From contig NIVC01002989.1 of NCBI GenBank assembly GCA_002269645.1, positions 62,001-126,000 of the forward strand: 64,000 bases of DNA, read 5' to 3'. This DNA is from Macrostomum lignano. Taxonomy: Eukaryota. The notes beneath the pieces were generated by a model, which was not told the DNA's origin, did no database searches, and worked only from the letters and a program-made list of their open reading frames with translations. This document shows, in pieces, positions 51,507 to 64,000 of this stretch. Numbering within the stretch: the stretch's first letter is position 1; every line of letters begins with the position of its first letter. Made by a program: the position numbers and the translations under genes.

Positions 51507-52249
51507 CCGCAGACACCCCGGATTTACAACTGCGCGTAAATCATTAAGATTAACAACCTTGATTTTTAACAGGCAATTTCTTATATTTAAAGACAACGCG
51601 CAAATAATACTATTTTTAAATTAAATGAGAGGAAAAATATGAAAATTAATTGACTCTTCTGTAGTAGTTGAATATATATGTATATTGAAGTATGAATTTA
51701 ATTATTATTTATGCAATATATTTAGAGACAAAACAGCTGATAACACGATCTTGAGTGTGTGCAATACGCATATTTACGCTATAGAGCTGGGGACACTAGA
51801 TGAGTAGTATATAAAGGATATTAAAGAATGGCCATTCTCGTGTTAATAGATGTACAGAACGAAGTTTCAGATTCAATATTTTAAACAATCATACAGGCAG
51901 CATGGAGAGACGACAGGTAAAATAATAATATTAATAAAAATAATAACGATAGGGGTCACTCCGGGTCAAATGTAAAATGAATTAGGCAACTGTGTAAAAA
52001 TAAGAGTCAAAATGGTGATAAAGTAAATAATGCTTGATAATAAACTAATTAAGTAATTACATTAATTAAAAAGGACACCAATTGCAGAGTAATTACGCAT
52101 AATATATACACAAACGTAAACAATAGATAAACATATGCCAGGGCTGTTGCCAAAGTACTTGAAATTTTAGCCACAACTCCATCTAGCCAACTTGCTGAGA
52201 GGAATGCAGTGCAGTGCAGGCACCAATAACAATTGATTTCATCTACCCC

Positions 52250-52524
52250 AGTTGGGCGAAATAAGCAACCGACAGCTCAGCCGCAGCTATTGCGCGGCGC
52301 ATCTGAAGGCTGCGTACGGCTGTTCAGTCCAAGGACTGGGGGGTCGCCACACACCATCAATTATCCCAGCGAATGCTGGCACCCATTTTACAGCTGGGTG
52401 AACTGAAGCAATGCAGAGTTAAGTGCCTTGCTCAAGGACACAAATCGTTCCGAGTGGGATCGGGAATCGAACCCCCAACCTTCAAATCGTGAATCCGATG
52501 CTCTAGCCACTAGGCTACAGACCC
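52250..52524 (-). mobile_element. tRNA-derived CORE-type SINE
   Basis: On the minus strand: A-box TAGCCTAGTGG and B-box GGTTCGATTCC, then TGTGTCCTTGAGCAAGGCACTTAAC...CAGCTGTAAAATGGG, resembling the MIR/CORE consensus (TGTGACCTTGGGCAAGTCACTTAAC...CTGTAAAATGGG). The 3' boundary is approximate; no TSD found. Confidence 0.75.
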
Positions 52525-53376
52525 TCTATGGGATCAAAGAAGATCCAACAGCACTTCAGTCTGGCAACAGTGACGGAGACAACTCAATTCACCACCATTC
52601 AAAGGAGTTGTGATTAAAATCTCAGCTCATCTGGATGTCCAAACTTGTGTGCAACAGACCTCATACTAATATTAATTAAAGCGCTATTTATCACTGTGCA
52701 GCAAGCAAAACAATCATACATCAATTATTAGGCATTCAATGAAACTCCCCAAAAAATGTTATCTTGCTGCCAACGAACTGACCGAGAGGACGCGGACGCC
52801 TAAGAAGATAGAAAAGATATATAACAGGAGAAATATAACAACAATCAGAGGAATATATACAATAGCTAATAGTTAATGAATTGACAAACAAACTAGGTAA
52901 TCGCGTACTTCCCCCTTCAATAGCTTGCTAAGATGCCAAGGTCAATAACAATAAATCAAACTTCATTAACGCCAAGCAGAGCCTCTAGCGGCATCTGAAG
53001 CAAAACAGCCACTCTCCTGTGCACAAGCAACCAGCGATTCTGACATGAATAAAAACAGCAAGTAAAAAAAGATGGCTACAAACAAACACGAGAGACAGAT
53101 ATTAATGACAAAATCTCCCTTTGACAGGGGGGGGGGGAGTTGGAGCAGCAGAAACAAGAGGGAGAGGGAGGAGACAGGTCAATGCAGGGAGCAGCTGCCG
53201 ATCAAAACACTTACAAAAAAAACGGTAAAGTAATGCAATATTACGTCCTTATAACAGTCTCCAGGGCGGGTAAGCGCGCTGAGTGAGTGAATGAGTCAGT
53301 ATAATATGTGCGCTGCTGACATTTCAAGACAATATCATCATGCAAAAACTAGTTAAAGCAGCAGATATAGAATAGC

Positions 53377-56300
53377 TTATACTTCCGCGTCAGCATCCTT
53401 GGGCCAGGTGATGTCGAGATTGTCAGACTCCGGATGCAGAGTGTAGAATCCAACCATGTCGGCGGCGGCAGCGGCGGCGGTCAAGGCGGATTTGCGCGAA
53501 CTGGACGCCACGGCTCCCGTCGCGGCGGGGGGACTGGCGGAGGCGGCAGGCCCTGCAGCGGCACCGGCGGATGTAGCAGCGGTTCCGCCGCGACCGTGAT
53601 GCCGGCAGTAGGTGTGGTCGGCGTAGGGCAGAGCGTAGGGCACGGGAGTGTCGGACCAGAGGCTGGCGGAGGTGGCTGCGGCCGGCTGCCTGGCAGCCCG
53701 GCCCGGCCCGGACGGCCGGACGGCGGCGGCTTTGCGACGTCGGCGACGACCTGCGGCGTTGAGCGCTAAGTCGAGCGTTACGCACTGGCGCATGCGGCAG
53801 CGCTGCCGCTCCAGCAGGCGATTCCTGCCGCCGTATTTCGGCATGTCCAAACAGAAGTCGCAGCGGCCGCAGTCGCTGACCCGAAGGCAGGGCGCGCACC
53901 GGCCGCAGCGTCTGGCAGCTGGGCCGTCGCCAGCGCCGCCAACGCCCAACCCATCGTCAATGTCGTCATCGTCCAAATCCGAGTCGTCGGAGTCGTCGTC
54001 GTCGTCGGAGATGCCGCGCCGATGATCGTCGTCGGTCTCGGTGGACGAAGCGGCCGAGGAGCGGCTGCGGCGCTCGGCGGGCAGCAGAGGTCCTCCGCCT
54101 GCGGCAGCCCGAAATCGTCTTCGTCCTCATCCTCATTGGCATTGGGCACCAGCGCTGGCATCGACGGCTGTTGCTGCTTCCGTGAGTTTTTTGTTGCCTG
54201 CTGTTGTTGTTGCTGCTGCTTGCCGGCACTGGCGGCCCGGCGGCCGCGCTTCTTGGGCTCACCAGCCGGAGCGGCGGCGTTAGAAGCGGCAGCAACTGCA
54301 GCGGCCTGTTTAGAAGTTGAATCGGTGGTCGCCGCCGATTTTCTCTTTCTTCCTCTGGCTGGCGGAGTCGGCGCCGATGCCGCTGCTGCCGCCTCGGATG
54401 CCCGCTTGCGCTTGGCTGCTGGCTGGCCGCTGTGATTAGCGCCGGATTTTGAAGCCTTCGCAGAACTGGCCGCGGCGGTTTTCTTGTCCTCGGAGCCGGC
54501 CTGCTGGGACTGGCCGCGCTTCCGGGAGGCTGAGCCAGTCTGAGCGACGGCAACCGGCGCCCGGCCTTTCTTATACTGAATAGCCAAGCCCGGATGCTTT
54601 TTCAAGCACTTTGAGCAATAGAACTTGTTAATAGCGGCCGCGTCCTTCGAGCTGACCCCGATGCAGTCGCCGTGGTACCACTCCTCGCATTTGTCGCAGG
54701 CGATCATAAATCTGTCAATGTCGGTAGATCGGCACACGCACCAGGCCTGCAGGTCGCTAGAGGCTGAGGAGGCCGACTTCTTTTTTGAAGCGGCTGTACC
54801 GCCGCCGCCGCTCTGTTGCCGCTGCTTGCTGGCAGCGCCGCGTTTCTAAGAAAAGGGAGAAGCGAAGGACATTATGAAGCTGTAGAGTTGAGGAGATATC
54901 TAATGAGACAATTGAGCCACTATTTGCATAGTTTACCTAAAAACTTTATTAGAATTGTCCATTAAAAACAATCAAGAAGTGTTTTGATTGTTACAGAACA
55001 TAACTATTAGACCAAAGAAAAATTATTACTTAAGGAAAAAAGGACAATCAATTAAGGATTTGTTTATCTTTTAACTAAGTTGCATAGCTGGTGTTATTTA
55101 ACAGGTTGTGCACATGTAATGACCTAGTAATAATTCACAACCATAGGTTATTGTGATGCAATGCCAGAACCAGTATTATCCAATAAAAAGCAGGCCTATA
55201 AGAACATTAATAATACAACTGTACTTTTTACTGTACAGAGACTAATAAGATTTTAAAGTTACTTTTTGTGTTTTTATTGCATTTGATAACTGTTATGTGC
55301 CTAAGTAAAAAGACACTCCTACTTTTGAATATTGGTAAATATAATTTATTGATACAAAAGGGTCTAATACAACTAAAATAGCCAAAACCTTTACAACAAA
55401 ACAATAATAGCAAGTCCTAATTCTAGAACAGTGTTCCCACTCAGCAACCTTCATTTTTTTGTGCCAAGCCATTCATTTTTGCGCCATGGATATTTTTTGC
55501 ACCACTATCACTCTTTACCTCTAAGGCTATAATGTAGTATGATGCCCATTGAGACATTAAAAACACTCAAATACCTAATATTCATGCATCTCAATCATAA
55601 ATCATCCAATTTTTGATGAGATAAAACACTACAACTTGGCAAAAAATGGGTCAAAAAATGGCAACAACAGCATGGGCATCAGACTATTAATTTCTCTAAA
55701 TCAAAATTGCAATTATAAAACATATTAGTTTCTAAAAAAGCATCCAAAAATGCGGAAAAGGGTTACAATTTAGGCACAAATTTTCCACATTTTTAGATTT
55801 GCATTGAACTTTATTAATTATGCATTCACGCCATATTGCCTCATTTTCAGGCATGGTACAAATTTGTGCCAAAGTGGGAACACTGCTCTAGAATACATAA
55901 GAAAGGCTATAAAAATAGATTTGTAATTATAATTAAGCATATTAAAGGTTGGTACTTGACTAGGGGTAACAAAAACTAATCTTATTAAAGACTAATAATT
56001 TAGTAGGATTTTTAAAGTTATTTTTAAGTATTTTTTCTATTTTATTTGATTTTAGTGGCTGTGGAGGCAATAAAGCTAACCTAAAAAGTAAAAAAAGATT
56101 TTGCAAAAGTTTTAAGCATATATATTATCAAAGACTGGTTAAAAATTAAAAAATTATATCGACTTTACATTCCAGTATCAGGAATATATGCTTATATACC
56201 ACTGTACACTAAAATAAAATTTCCCTTCCTACGACCTAGCTTCTATATGCAAATGGACTTAAGCAAATTTAGCAAAAATCTTGTCAAATTAGGAAATAGA

Positions 56301-57962
56301 ATAATTCAATCTAATCTATAGCTTATTAATTCTTTTGGTACAATGGCACTTATATGACAATGCATATATATATTAAATTTCCTTTTCAATCAAGTTTGTT
56401 TTATGTATTATTTATCCAGTACTTTTTAAATATGCTTTAGTTTCTTAGATATGTTTGTTTCATTCTTAACGATGCATGATGTCTATTTTAATCAAACATT
56501 TTTCTATCAAATGTCATGTAAGAGTTTAGTAGCTAGAGTCTTAAGGCATCTCTTTGCCATAGAAATCTAAATGTATCAATTGATAGTACTTCTATTCTGA
56601 TTTACATTTTTTGCAACAGAAATACACTCATGCCCACCTTATACTTAAGTTTAAGTCATGTGTTACACTATTAACAAAGGGAATAGGGGTTGGTCTAATA
56701 GAAAGCTTATATTTAAAGCCTTGGTTATAATCAATAAATCTGACTTAAAAGCCTTGTTGCTGAATTTGCTAGATTGTTGCCGAATTTACTTTCAACAAAT
56801 TTGTTGTATTAAAATTGTTAAAATGTTTAATTTGTTGAGTATATCAAATTTCTATTGCCAAATTTGTTTATTACCAAATTTGCATATATCTATAATAAGG
56901 TTATTAGCATCTTAAATTTTTAGGTTTTATTGAAGTTTATATTGCTAAAAATTATTGTAGTTTATTTAATTCTAAGTTCTTCAAGTATTAATTCAATGCA
57001 ATTTATTTAGAAAAATATTACTTCTATACCATTTATTTAAATCTAGGTTATTTTTACATTTTTGATAGTCATCTTAGGTTTAAGGTTTAGCCTTCTAAAC
57101 CTAATAATTTTAAATTTAGAGGTTATGCTTTTCAAAATAATTATGTTTTAGTATCACAATTGATAGTTTTAAAAAGCCACAATGTCATAGACTCATCGCC
57201 ATAGAACATGGATACCACACTTTGGATCATGTAATATACACAAAAAAATTGGACATGTATTGGCCTTGCATGCCAAAAGTAGTTGTGCACCATTGGTGTG
57301 CATCACTCCTAAGAAAATAGTATGCGTGCACACCTAGCATATGGACTTAATAAAATCATGCAAAAGAGCTATTGTGAAGTAGAAAAAAGATGATAACAAA
57401 ATAGCTAAACAAATATTTGCATGTATTGAATTTCCACTGTAAATACTATCTCCAAATAAGCATAAAAAATCTAAATATTTGCCAAAAAGGGTTTATTATG
57501 CAACTTAAAAAAAGTCTTTTATTGTCACAATGTCAAAGTCATTAATTGTTGCAACACTGACATAGTTTTGAGAATGGGCGTGCACTCAATTTTTTTGGCA
57601 TGCATTTGTAGTTATTGAATTTTTGTTTGGGCGTGCACCCAGCATGATCCGGACTATGGCATAGATAGGCCCTATGATTAAAAATAGAAAAATTAAGTTT
57701 GAGCGAAGTGGGAGTCAGAAAATCGCATAGCAATTATATTTGCTACACAGAAATATACAAAATGACAGGAGACAAAATAAAAAGTGCTTACAGGTTTAAC
57801 ATGGTTTGCAATAATTAAATTCTCGGACGGATCCTCTTTCTTAGTGGACTTTTTACTCGCTTTTGTGTTGTCCTGATTCTTTGCTCGAGTTGGTACTGTA
57901 TTGTCCTTGGCATTTTTAGTTGGACTTCTAGATTTATTGTTTCGAGAGCTTGATCGAGTCAT
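53377..57962 (-). CDS. CXXC1: CXXC1/CFP1-like protein (PHD finger + CXXC zinc finger). Exons 57962-57792 and 54845-53377, with an apparent 1-nt frameshift near 54110
   Basis: PHD: WCVCRSTDIDRFMIACDKCEEWYHGDCIG...FYCSKC. CXXC: RRCGRCAPCLRVSDCGRCDFCLDMPKYGG...RQRCRMRQC. This domain order is diagnostic of CXXC1. The two domains lie in different frames of one exon. Exon 1 is less certain (phase-0 gtaagc donor matches the cttttcttag acceptor). Confidence 0.8.
55429..55885. mobile_element. Non-autonomous hAT (Charlie-type) MITE, 457 bp, in CXXC1 intron 1
   Basis: 13-bp TIRs CAGTGTTCCCACT (55429-55441) and AGTGGGAACACTG (55873-55885). 8-bp TSD TTCTAGAA / CTCTAGAA matches the NTCTAGAN preference known for Charlie elements. 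Confidence 0.85.
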
Positions 57963-58637
57963 TTTTACTTGATAATAATAAAAAACTGATAAAACATACC
58001 TAAAAGTAAAAGTATCACTTAAGATTTGTATAATACATCTGTAACAGCATTGTGCAGAAACAGAAACGGTAGAGTAAATTCTAACAATTACAAGTTTTGA
58101 ATAAAAACACCTGCATTGGTTAGAAGACGTTGATATTTTTTAAAGTCGTTATTTACGATTACTTTAACGTTCTTTGCTTGATCAAAATAATATTAGAGCA
58201 AAGCTAAAAATAAGAACAATAAAGGTCTTTAAAAATTCAAAATTCAGATTGCAAAAAGGAGACCTTTTTATAATATCAGAATATATCACCAATATGCTCT
58301 TACAAGCACAGGTACATGCATGCGTTTTCCGGCAGTGAAGCACAGATGCATGCATAAAGTCTAATTTTTGAACGGTCCTGCGTCCCTAAGGATTATGGCA
58401 ACCGTGAACGAGTTAGGTAGTGACTTCAATTTTTTTCGACCAGCTGTTGCCTCTTATTGCATCGATGTAAAGCCGACGTATAACGTTTTTAATTGTCGGA
58501 AAATGAAAAAATACTTGCTTTTAATTGGCCATTCAGCAAAATTAACATTAATATATATTACGCTGAATGCGTCGCCTGACGTCGGATTTCTTTACGGGGT
58601 GCTTCAATTCTGTACCATACAGGCATTCACATATATA

Positions 58638-60143
58638 ACAACAACAACAACAGAGTACGCTGTCAGTTCGCAAAAGCAGCGTCAGATGGCGCGCTTCGAA
58701 GCTTGGGCGCGAACAAAGGCCGCACCGCCGGCAGAGTCCGGGGCGCCGGCGTCAGCCAGCAGACAGTCGACGTAGCGCCGAGTCCTCGCCTGTCCCCGCC
58801 GGTAGGGTGCCTGCAACGTAAGTAGGAGCACCTCCTGCACCGGCTCCGGACAGTAGGCCTCAGCGCGGATGACGTGGCCTGCCAGCTGGAGTCGCCGACG
58901 GCGCAGCAGATCGCTAGGACGGGCCAGGCCGGCGCGATGATAGAGCGCCGTGTTGGTGACTCGCTCGTTGCCGATCTTGAAGGCGGCGCGCAGCAGGCCA
59001 GCGTGCGCCGCGTCGACTTGAGCCTCGAGCGAGTCTGTCAGCGTCCAGGTCTCGGCGTTGTATAACAGGACGGTCTCGATCACCGCCTGGAACAGCGCCG
59101 CCCTGGAACAGCGGCGGTCCGGTAGGGCCTCGGACTGCAGGACTGACCTTATAGAACGAAAGGCAGCCCAGGCAAGTCCTCGGCGACGCCGCAGATCCTC
59201 GCGGACGTCGGGAACCAGACCGCCAAGGTAGACGAACTGCTGGCATCTTGGAAGCTCACTCGCCTGTCCGTTAGCGCCTCGGCAGAAGATTGCAGCCTCG
59301 GTGTCGTCCGGCACGCATAGCACGACGGTTTTCTGCGTGTTGACCACCAGGCCGACGCTCGCCGCAACGGCAACCAGCCTATCCAGCTGTCGTTGGGCGC
59401 CCTTGACGGTCGAGGACAGCAGGGCAAGGTCATCGGCGTAGCCAAGCACGCTGAGCCGTCTCTCCGGTTGGCGTCGACCCACGCGTCGCCGCAGCAGGAA
59501 GCCGTCGTCGTTGGAAGGCAGAGCAGTCCGTAGCACCCAGTCAAGCACCAGAATAAATAGGAACGGCGCTAGCGTATCTCCCCAGAGCACCCCGGAGGAT
59601 GTCTCGAAGAAATCCGATAGGCCGTCCGGTGTTGAGACAGCAGCCGTCGTGCCGTGGTACAGCGCCATGACAGCAGAAATCAGCAGCTCTGGCACGTTGT
59701 ACGCACGGAGCACCTCTGGGAGCGCGTCCCTCACGACCGAGTCAAAGGCCTTCCTGAAATCGACGAAGATCAGGATTAGGGTCAACTGGCGGATGTGCGC
59801 CTCCTCGATGACTCGCCGAAGAGCCAGGATCTGCGTCACTGTGCCGCGATGGGGCCGGAATCCGTTCTGCTCAGGCCGCAGGTAGGGGTCCAGCACAGGC
59901 TGTAACCGCGATAGCAGCATGTGGTTGAACAGCTTCGCGGCGCAGGACTGTAGGCAGATGCCTCGATGCTCCTCGAGCTTGGTGGTGCCCGGCTTCTTTG
60001 GAATGGCGACGATGTGCGCCGTGGTCCATTCGTTTGGCGCCACCTCACCGGAAAGCACGCGGTTCATCACTCTGGCGACCTCAGTGGCCACGCAGTGGAT
60101 CCGCAGCGCCTCGGTGGGTAGTGACGAGCGCCTCGGTGGGTAG
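58638..60143 (-). mobile_element. 5'-truncated RTE-like non-LTR retrotransposon (reverse transcriptase ORF 58682-~60120)
   Basis: RT motifs IVAIPKKPG, RGICL, QNGFR, FVDFRKAFDSV, GVLWGDTLAP, YADDL, plus the RTE-typical YNAETWTL; short 3' UTR and (TTG)n tail at 58638-58652. Confidence 0.9.
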
Positions 60144-60630
60144 CAATATATGTTGCACATCTACACATTTTACATGTACCAAGAAGGACCAATCTGTAGT
60201 AACTGCAGGATCGACGTACGTAAAACTCAAAGATCGTGTAAATTTTTACGAGGTTGATAATCCGGGAAAAAACACTGTGGAGACGACAGGAAAAATCAAT
60301 TTTTTTCATCCCAAAATCTATGATTGAATTTGATCTGAGGCAGTGAATATTAATTACCATTTTAGCGTGCACATGTTGATATAGTTGTGCAGTGTGAGAA
60401 GTTTCATTTTTATATTTTTTCATCGCCCAAGCCAAGTTGAGGATACGATCACAAGTGAAATTTTTGTTTTGTTCCTCAAGAAGCATGCAGCAAAACTTAA
60501 AAATGAAACTTTCAGTCTACACAACAACAACAACATGAAACAACAACAACAACAATAACAACAACAACAACAAAGTCTATTTGTCAGCCAAGTCAAGCGT
60601 CTCGGGATGATGTGACCTACTACTAGTTGC

Positions 60631-60985
60631 TAGCTGGAGTCGCCGACGGCGCAACAGGCCGGTGCGGCGATGGAGTGCCGCATTGGTGATATGCTCGTAG
60701 CCGATCTATAGGCGGCGCGCAGCAGGCCAGCGTACGCCGCATCGACCTTGCTGTTCGAACGCATCCGTCAGCGTTCCAAGGTCTCGTCGTTATACAACAG
60801 GACGGTCTCGATCACCGCCTGGAACAACGCCGCTCTCTGGCGGTCAGGCAGGACCTCGGACTGCAAGCCGTCCGGAACGGAAGGCAGGCCAGGAAATTCT
60901 ACGCGGCGACGACGTCGCAAGTCCTCACGAACATCTGCTGGCCCCAGACCGCCGAGGTAGACGAACTGCTGACAGCGCGAAGCTC
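60631..60985 (-). mobile_element. Second, degraded fragment of the same RTE-like family
   Basis: Diverged copy of ~58880-59245 with deletions; a (CAA)n tract lies nearby at ~60520-60575. Confidence 0.8.
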
Positions 60986-62799
60986 GTCACTACAAAACTA
61001 TATAATATACAACACATTAACATGTCGTGAAATATGTTAAATTAAAGAAATGGTCATATCCTCAATCCTCGATCCTCAATTGCAATCATTGGTTTTGTGA
61101 TTAACATTTTTTCCTATCTTCAGAGTATATTTTTCCAGTAAACCGTCTTAAAACTTTACACGATATTCGAGTTACGTCCTGTTATGCTACAGTGAGTGCT
61201 CCTTGAGTGTTACACGTGCACATGTGTAAAGTCCACCGCGAGACAGAAGCAGCCAGGGTAAGGGGAGCTGCAACTCCCAATATATAGGCTGATAAAAATT
61301 ATGGCGCCCATTCACGACATCTGCAGGTGCTGGTCGCACCCCCGTGTTGACGATCTCGATACTTTATTTAATTTAACGTACACGTACATATGGAAGATGT
61401 GTACAGATGCTATGGCTGCTGTCATGCTCTTCCACTGACTACATCGTCTGTTTTTTTGTTTAAATACTGTACATATTTATTTTTGTTAGACGTGAATGTG
61501 ATATAATTTACATTTCAGTACATGTCAATGAAACAAAAACACACAATATATCTGCAGTTTCACAAAACCGCGGCCGGATTTGCAGGTAAAATTGAGAATA
61601 ATCAATTTTAAAGAAGGATTAAGCTACTTTAGAAATTTCAGGCTCAAATATATCACTCTGTTAAACATCGATTCCATGATTTAATGTACGGTGTGTGCAA
61701 AAATGTCAAGTTCCCTTTTTAATTGTTCTGCATTTTTGTAAATTGAACCAAACAGAGCTGAGAGAAGATTTTGATTGTACTTCAAAAGCAAATCTTTTCT
61801 TGGAATGCAATGTACAGGCGCTCTTATCTAAAGAAATGGCGCTGCATATATTTGATCAAAATTAATTTATACACAAGATTAACAACACGTATACTCTACT
61901 TACAGTAATACGGTATGAAAATCTGCAAAGCTTACACAGTTTTGGCAGTACAAAAATTAACAAAATTTGCGAAAAATATATTTAGTTGTAGATTAATTTG
62001 CTGATTTTATTCATACGGCAATTTTAAATTACGAAAATTCTACTGAATGTAACGTTGATTACTTGAGAAAATATTAAATTAATACTAACCATTTTATTTG
62101 TACCTGCTTGACTAGCTATTATCTGGAGGTTTAATCTCTGGATTAACTCTCAGTGGCTCAGGGAGCCTAAAATATGAGATTGGAGGCAATCCAAAACGAC
62201 ATTAACTGACACAGTTAGCTCGTAGTTACATAGTAAAAAATAGACATGCGTAGCAACATGTAACGCTTCATAAGTATGTAAATTGATTTGAAGGCCGATC
62301 GATTTCTTTGAGAAAAGCTATCGTTTCACAAGTTATGAAACCGCCATCCATAGTTACAGGCCAATAAAATTTAGATAGTTTGGGTCATATACAACGGTTT
62401 AAAACTCGTCCTAAATTATTAAAAATGACTTTGAGAAGTTACGGAAGGTCATTTCAACCAGGTACTGATCTTACTAATGCATTTTGTAGTCAAAAATCGG
62501 CCTTCAAATATTTACCATGAATTAAGAAATGTAGTCGAGTGTTAAAAATTACTAAAAATAGTAGTAGTAGTCTTTAAAGAAATCAACTATCATTCGAACC
62601 TGTGAGTTTGCCAGCTGGACTTGCAACAATGTGAATACCGTGTTCCTGAAGCACCTGCTCCACAATCACGTGATTGTTGGCCGGGTGCTCACAATGCGCT
62701 CTGGCAGGTCGCCTCCTATACCGGCTGATGTGCGGCTGCCAAACTGCAAAGTTGAGAACTTCTTTTTTATAAATTTTATAAAATACACATCGCACTTTG

Positions 62800-63535
62800 T
62801 GACAGGTACTGAGAGACTACATGGCACTCTGTGACAGGCACACTGAGAGGCTGAATCACACTCTGTGACAGGCACACTGAGAGGCTGAATCACACTCTGT
62901 GACAGGCACACTGAGAGACTGAATCACACTCTGTGACAGGCACACTGAGAGCTGAATCACACTCTGTGACAGGCACACTGAGAGGCTGAATCACACTCTG
63001 TGACAGGCACACTGAGAGGCTGAATCACACTCTGTGACAGGCACACTGAGAGGCTGAATCACACTCTGTGACAGGCACACTGAGAGGCTGAATCACACTC
63101 TGTGACAGGCACACTGAGAGCTGACATGGCACTCTGTGACAGGCACACTGAGAGGCTGAATCACACTCTGTGACAGGCACACTGAGAGGCTGAATCACAC
63201 TCTGTGACAGGCACACTGAGAGGCTGAATCACACTCTGTGACAGGCACACTGAGAGGCTGAATCACACTCTGTGACAGGCACACTGAGAGGCTGAATCAC
63301 ACTCTGTGACAGGCACACTGAGAGGCTGAATCACACTCTGTGACAGGCACACTGAGAGGCTGAATCACACTCTGTGACAGGCACACTGAGAGGCTGAATC
63401 ACACTCTGTGACAGGCACACTGAGAGACTGAATCACACTCTGTGACAGGCACACTGAGAGGCTGAATCACACTCTGTGACAGGCACACTGAGAGGCTGAA
63501 TCACACTCTGTGACAGGCACACTGAGAGACTGCAT
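62800..63535. repeat. 34-bp minisatellite (CTCTGTGACAGGCACACTGAGAGGCTGAATCACA)
   Basis: About 21 units. Confidence 0.95.
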
Positions 63536-64000
63536 AACATTCTGAGACAACCTACAGGAACTTCATCAACAAAAACTACATAAAAAGTGTTGTGGGTTGG
63601 TGATATCTGCAGCACTTTCAATACTCTTATTATTCTATGATCTGGATTTATTGAGTTCATTATTTTTACAATCAGCGTCTACTTTGTTTTATTTGCGCGT
63701 ATACAAATTTTTTATTACTAAATTGAATGCTGCGAAATCTATAGGCCATAAAAACACCCACTTATTTGAGCATGATTTACAATTGTCTGATATAATACAT
63801 ATCTTATTATACTATCGGAATACTTTTATAAGAAGGGAGAAGGGTAATACTCTACTCTAGCATTGTAATTTATATATATATATATATGAGCTCAGGCTAA
63901 CCGCTCACAATTCCCACAGTCTCCCATCTTCCCCGTCTAGCTTATAAGTAAACCAGTAACTAAAATATGGCATATTTGAAGCCTTTATAAGTTTGCTCAC

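Noticed and set aside
48508-52524. Two tRNA-like sequences as tRNA genes
   Set aside because: The cloverleaf stems are imperfect and both continue into SINE bodies; one has an A-tail and TSD, the other a CORE domain.

Overview
Eukaryotic (metazoan) genomic DNA. GC-rich, low-complexity coding exons sit among AT-rich spacers, and the introns are packed with many different minisatellites; this style fits the flatworm Macrostomum lignano (inference only). Most long ORFs in the supplied track are artefacts of tandem repeats. Supportable genes: (1) two tandem paralogues on + (1-6361, 5'-incomplete, and ~8125-12602) encoding a C14orf93-like nuclear domain; (2) intronless BCAP31/BAP31 (23823-24551, -); (3) a six-exon C16orf89/UPF0764 homologue (30084-34244, -); (4) a three-exon orphan single-pass membrane protein (48155-51506, +); (5) a CXXC1/CFP1-like PHD+CXXC gene with an apparent 1-nt frameshift (53377-57962, -). 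Mobile elements: a mariner relic, a full-length tRNA-headed SINE with a 13-bp TSD, a CORE-type SINE, a hAT-Charlie-type MITE and two RTE-like LINE pieces. The main discovery, invisible in the ORF track: each C14orf93-like paralogue carries an array of homologous, same-phase (1->0), stop-free cassette exons (six in gene 1; three plus one read-through variant in gene 2). They can only be used one at a time, and they swap a basic/aromatic helix in the middle of the conserved domain. This looks like a Dscam-style mutually exclusive exon system diversifying a probable DNA-binding protein. All gene models were assembled by eye from splice consensus and frame continuity; no searches were run.
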